From an uncultured Bacteroides sp. (lineage in GTDB: Bacteria > Bacteroidota > Bacteroidia > Bacteroidales > Muribaculaceae): a stretch of 64,000 bases of DNA. How positions within the stretch are numbered: position 1 is the stretch's first letter; every line of letters starts with the position of its first letter. The stretch lies in contig CAZKOF010000003.1 in assembly GCA_964554335.1 (NCBI GenBank), positions 15,271 through 79,270 on the forward strand, read 5' to 3'. Under the pieces are notes generated by a model. That model ran no database searches. It saw nothing but the letters and a program-made list of their open reading frames with translations, and was not told where the DNA came from. Below, in pieces: positions 63,546 through 64,000 of this stretch. The position numbers and the translations under genes were made by a program.

Positions 63546-64000
63546 TTGAAGTTCAAAACGTTACCAAGTCCTTTGACGGCAAGACGATTCTCCACGACGT
63601 TTCGTGTGAGTTCTATACCGGCAAGACCAATCTGATTATCGGCCAGAGCGGCTCAGGCAAAACGGTGCTTATGAAGTCGATTGTCGGTCTCGTAACTCCC
63701 GAGCAGGGCCATATTCTTTTTGACGGCCGCGACGTAATGACGATGAATGCCAACAACCGCAAGGATTTGCGCAAGGAGATTGGAATGTTGTTTCAAGGCT
63801 CGGCGTTGTTCGATAGCGAAACCGTGCTCGGTAACGTAATGTTTCCGCTGGTCATGTTCTCCGATATGTCGCGGGCAGAGATGCGCGATCGTGCCCTCTT
63901 CTGCCTCGAGCGCGTCAACCTTAAAGGCTCCGATAAGAAATATCCCGCAGAGTTGTCGGGCGGCATGCAGAAACGTGTGGCGATTGCCCGTGCCATTGCC
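63542..64000 (+). CDS. mlaF: MlaF-like ABC transporter ATP-binding protein, N-terminal fragment; 3' end lies outside the window
   Basis: ATGA overlap with mlaE. Walker A GQSGSGKT, Q-loop MLFQGSALF, signature LSGGMQKRVAIARAI. The frame is open to the window end. Confidence 0.85.
   Translation, partial: MIEVQNVTKSFDGKTILHDVSCEFYTGKTNLIIGQSGSGKTVLMKSIVGLVTPEQGHILFDGRDVMTMNANNRKDLRKEIGMLFQGSALFDSETVLGNVMFPLVMFSDMSRAEMRDRALFCLERVNLKGSDKKYPAELSGGMQKRVAIARAIA

Overview
This window reads as a gene-dense stretch of core chromosome from a Bacteroidota organism, probably Bacteroidales. That is an inference from the fused lpxC/fabZ gene, a MoxR-DUF58-BatA-BatE aerotolerance operon, T9SS type A and type B C-terminal sorting domains, many exact TAnnTTTG -7 promoter boxes, and very frequent ATGA start/stop overlaps. 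I call about 71 CDS. They cover lipid A synthesis (lpxD, lpxC/fabZ, lpxA), two ABC systems plus a MacAB-TolC-like efflux set, a four-subunit 2-oxoacid:ferredoxin oxidoreductase, an NfnAB/GltD-like pair, ffh, folD, folC, sdaA, gpmI, tdk, ruvC, dgt, two U32 proteins, two ECF sigma factors, envelope proteins (OmpA, SPOR, LysM, NlpC/P60) and MlaEF. I saw no rRNA, tRNA, CRISPR array, transposase, integrase, prophage or recognisable defence island; the intergenic gaps are short. I did not find a convincing new multi-gene system, and by content this looks like an ordinary core region. The leads worth a second look are: (1) a T9SS-cargo gene with no start codon or signal peptide, next to an HU-TM-SPOR gene and a type-B-CTD gene with no PorP/SprF partner (50.3-53.8 kb); (2) two membrane proteins with a cytoplasmic HU-like domain and a periplasmic peptidoglycan-binding domain; (3) a dgt / TPM-zinc-ribbon / NlpC-P60 coupled set; (4) an in-frame BatB-BatC fusion with a poly-Gln tail; (5) an eight-gene translationally coupled ABC/GntR/efflux operon; (6) an extended promoter word (TTCGTAACTTTGC) and several near-leaderless genes, including a 45-nt bidirectional promoter; (7) two U32 proteins with an intact Fe-S motif that are more likely RNA hydroxylation factors than peptidases. 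All functional calls come from reading motifs by eye; no searches were run.
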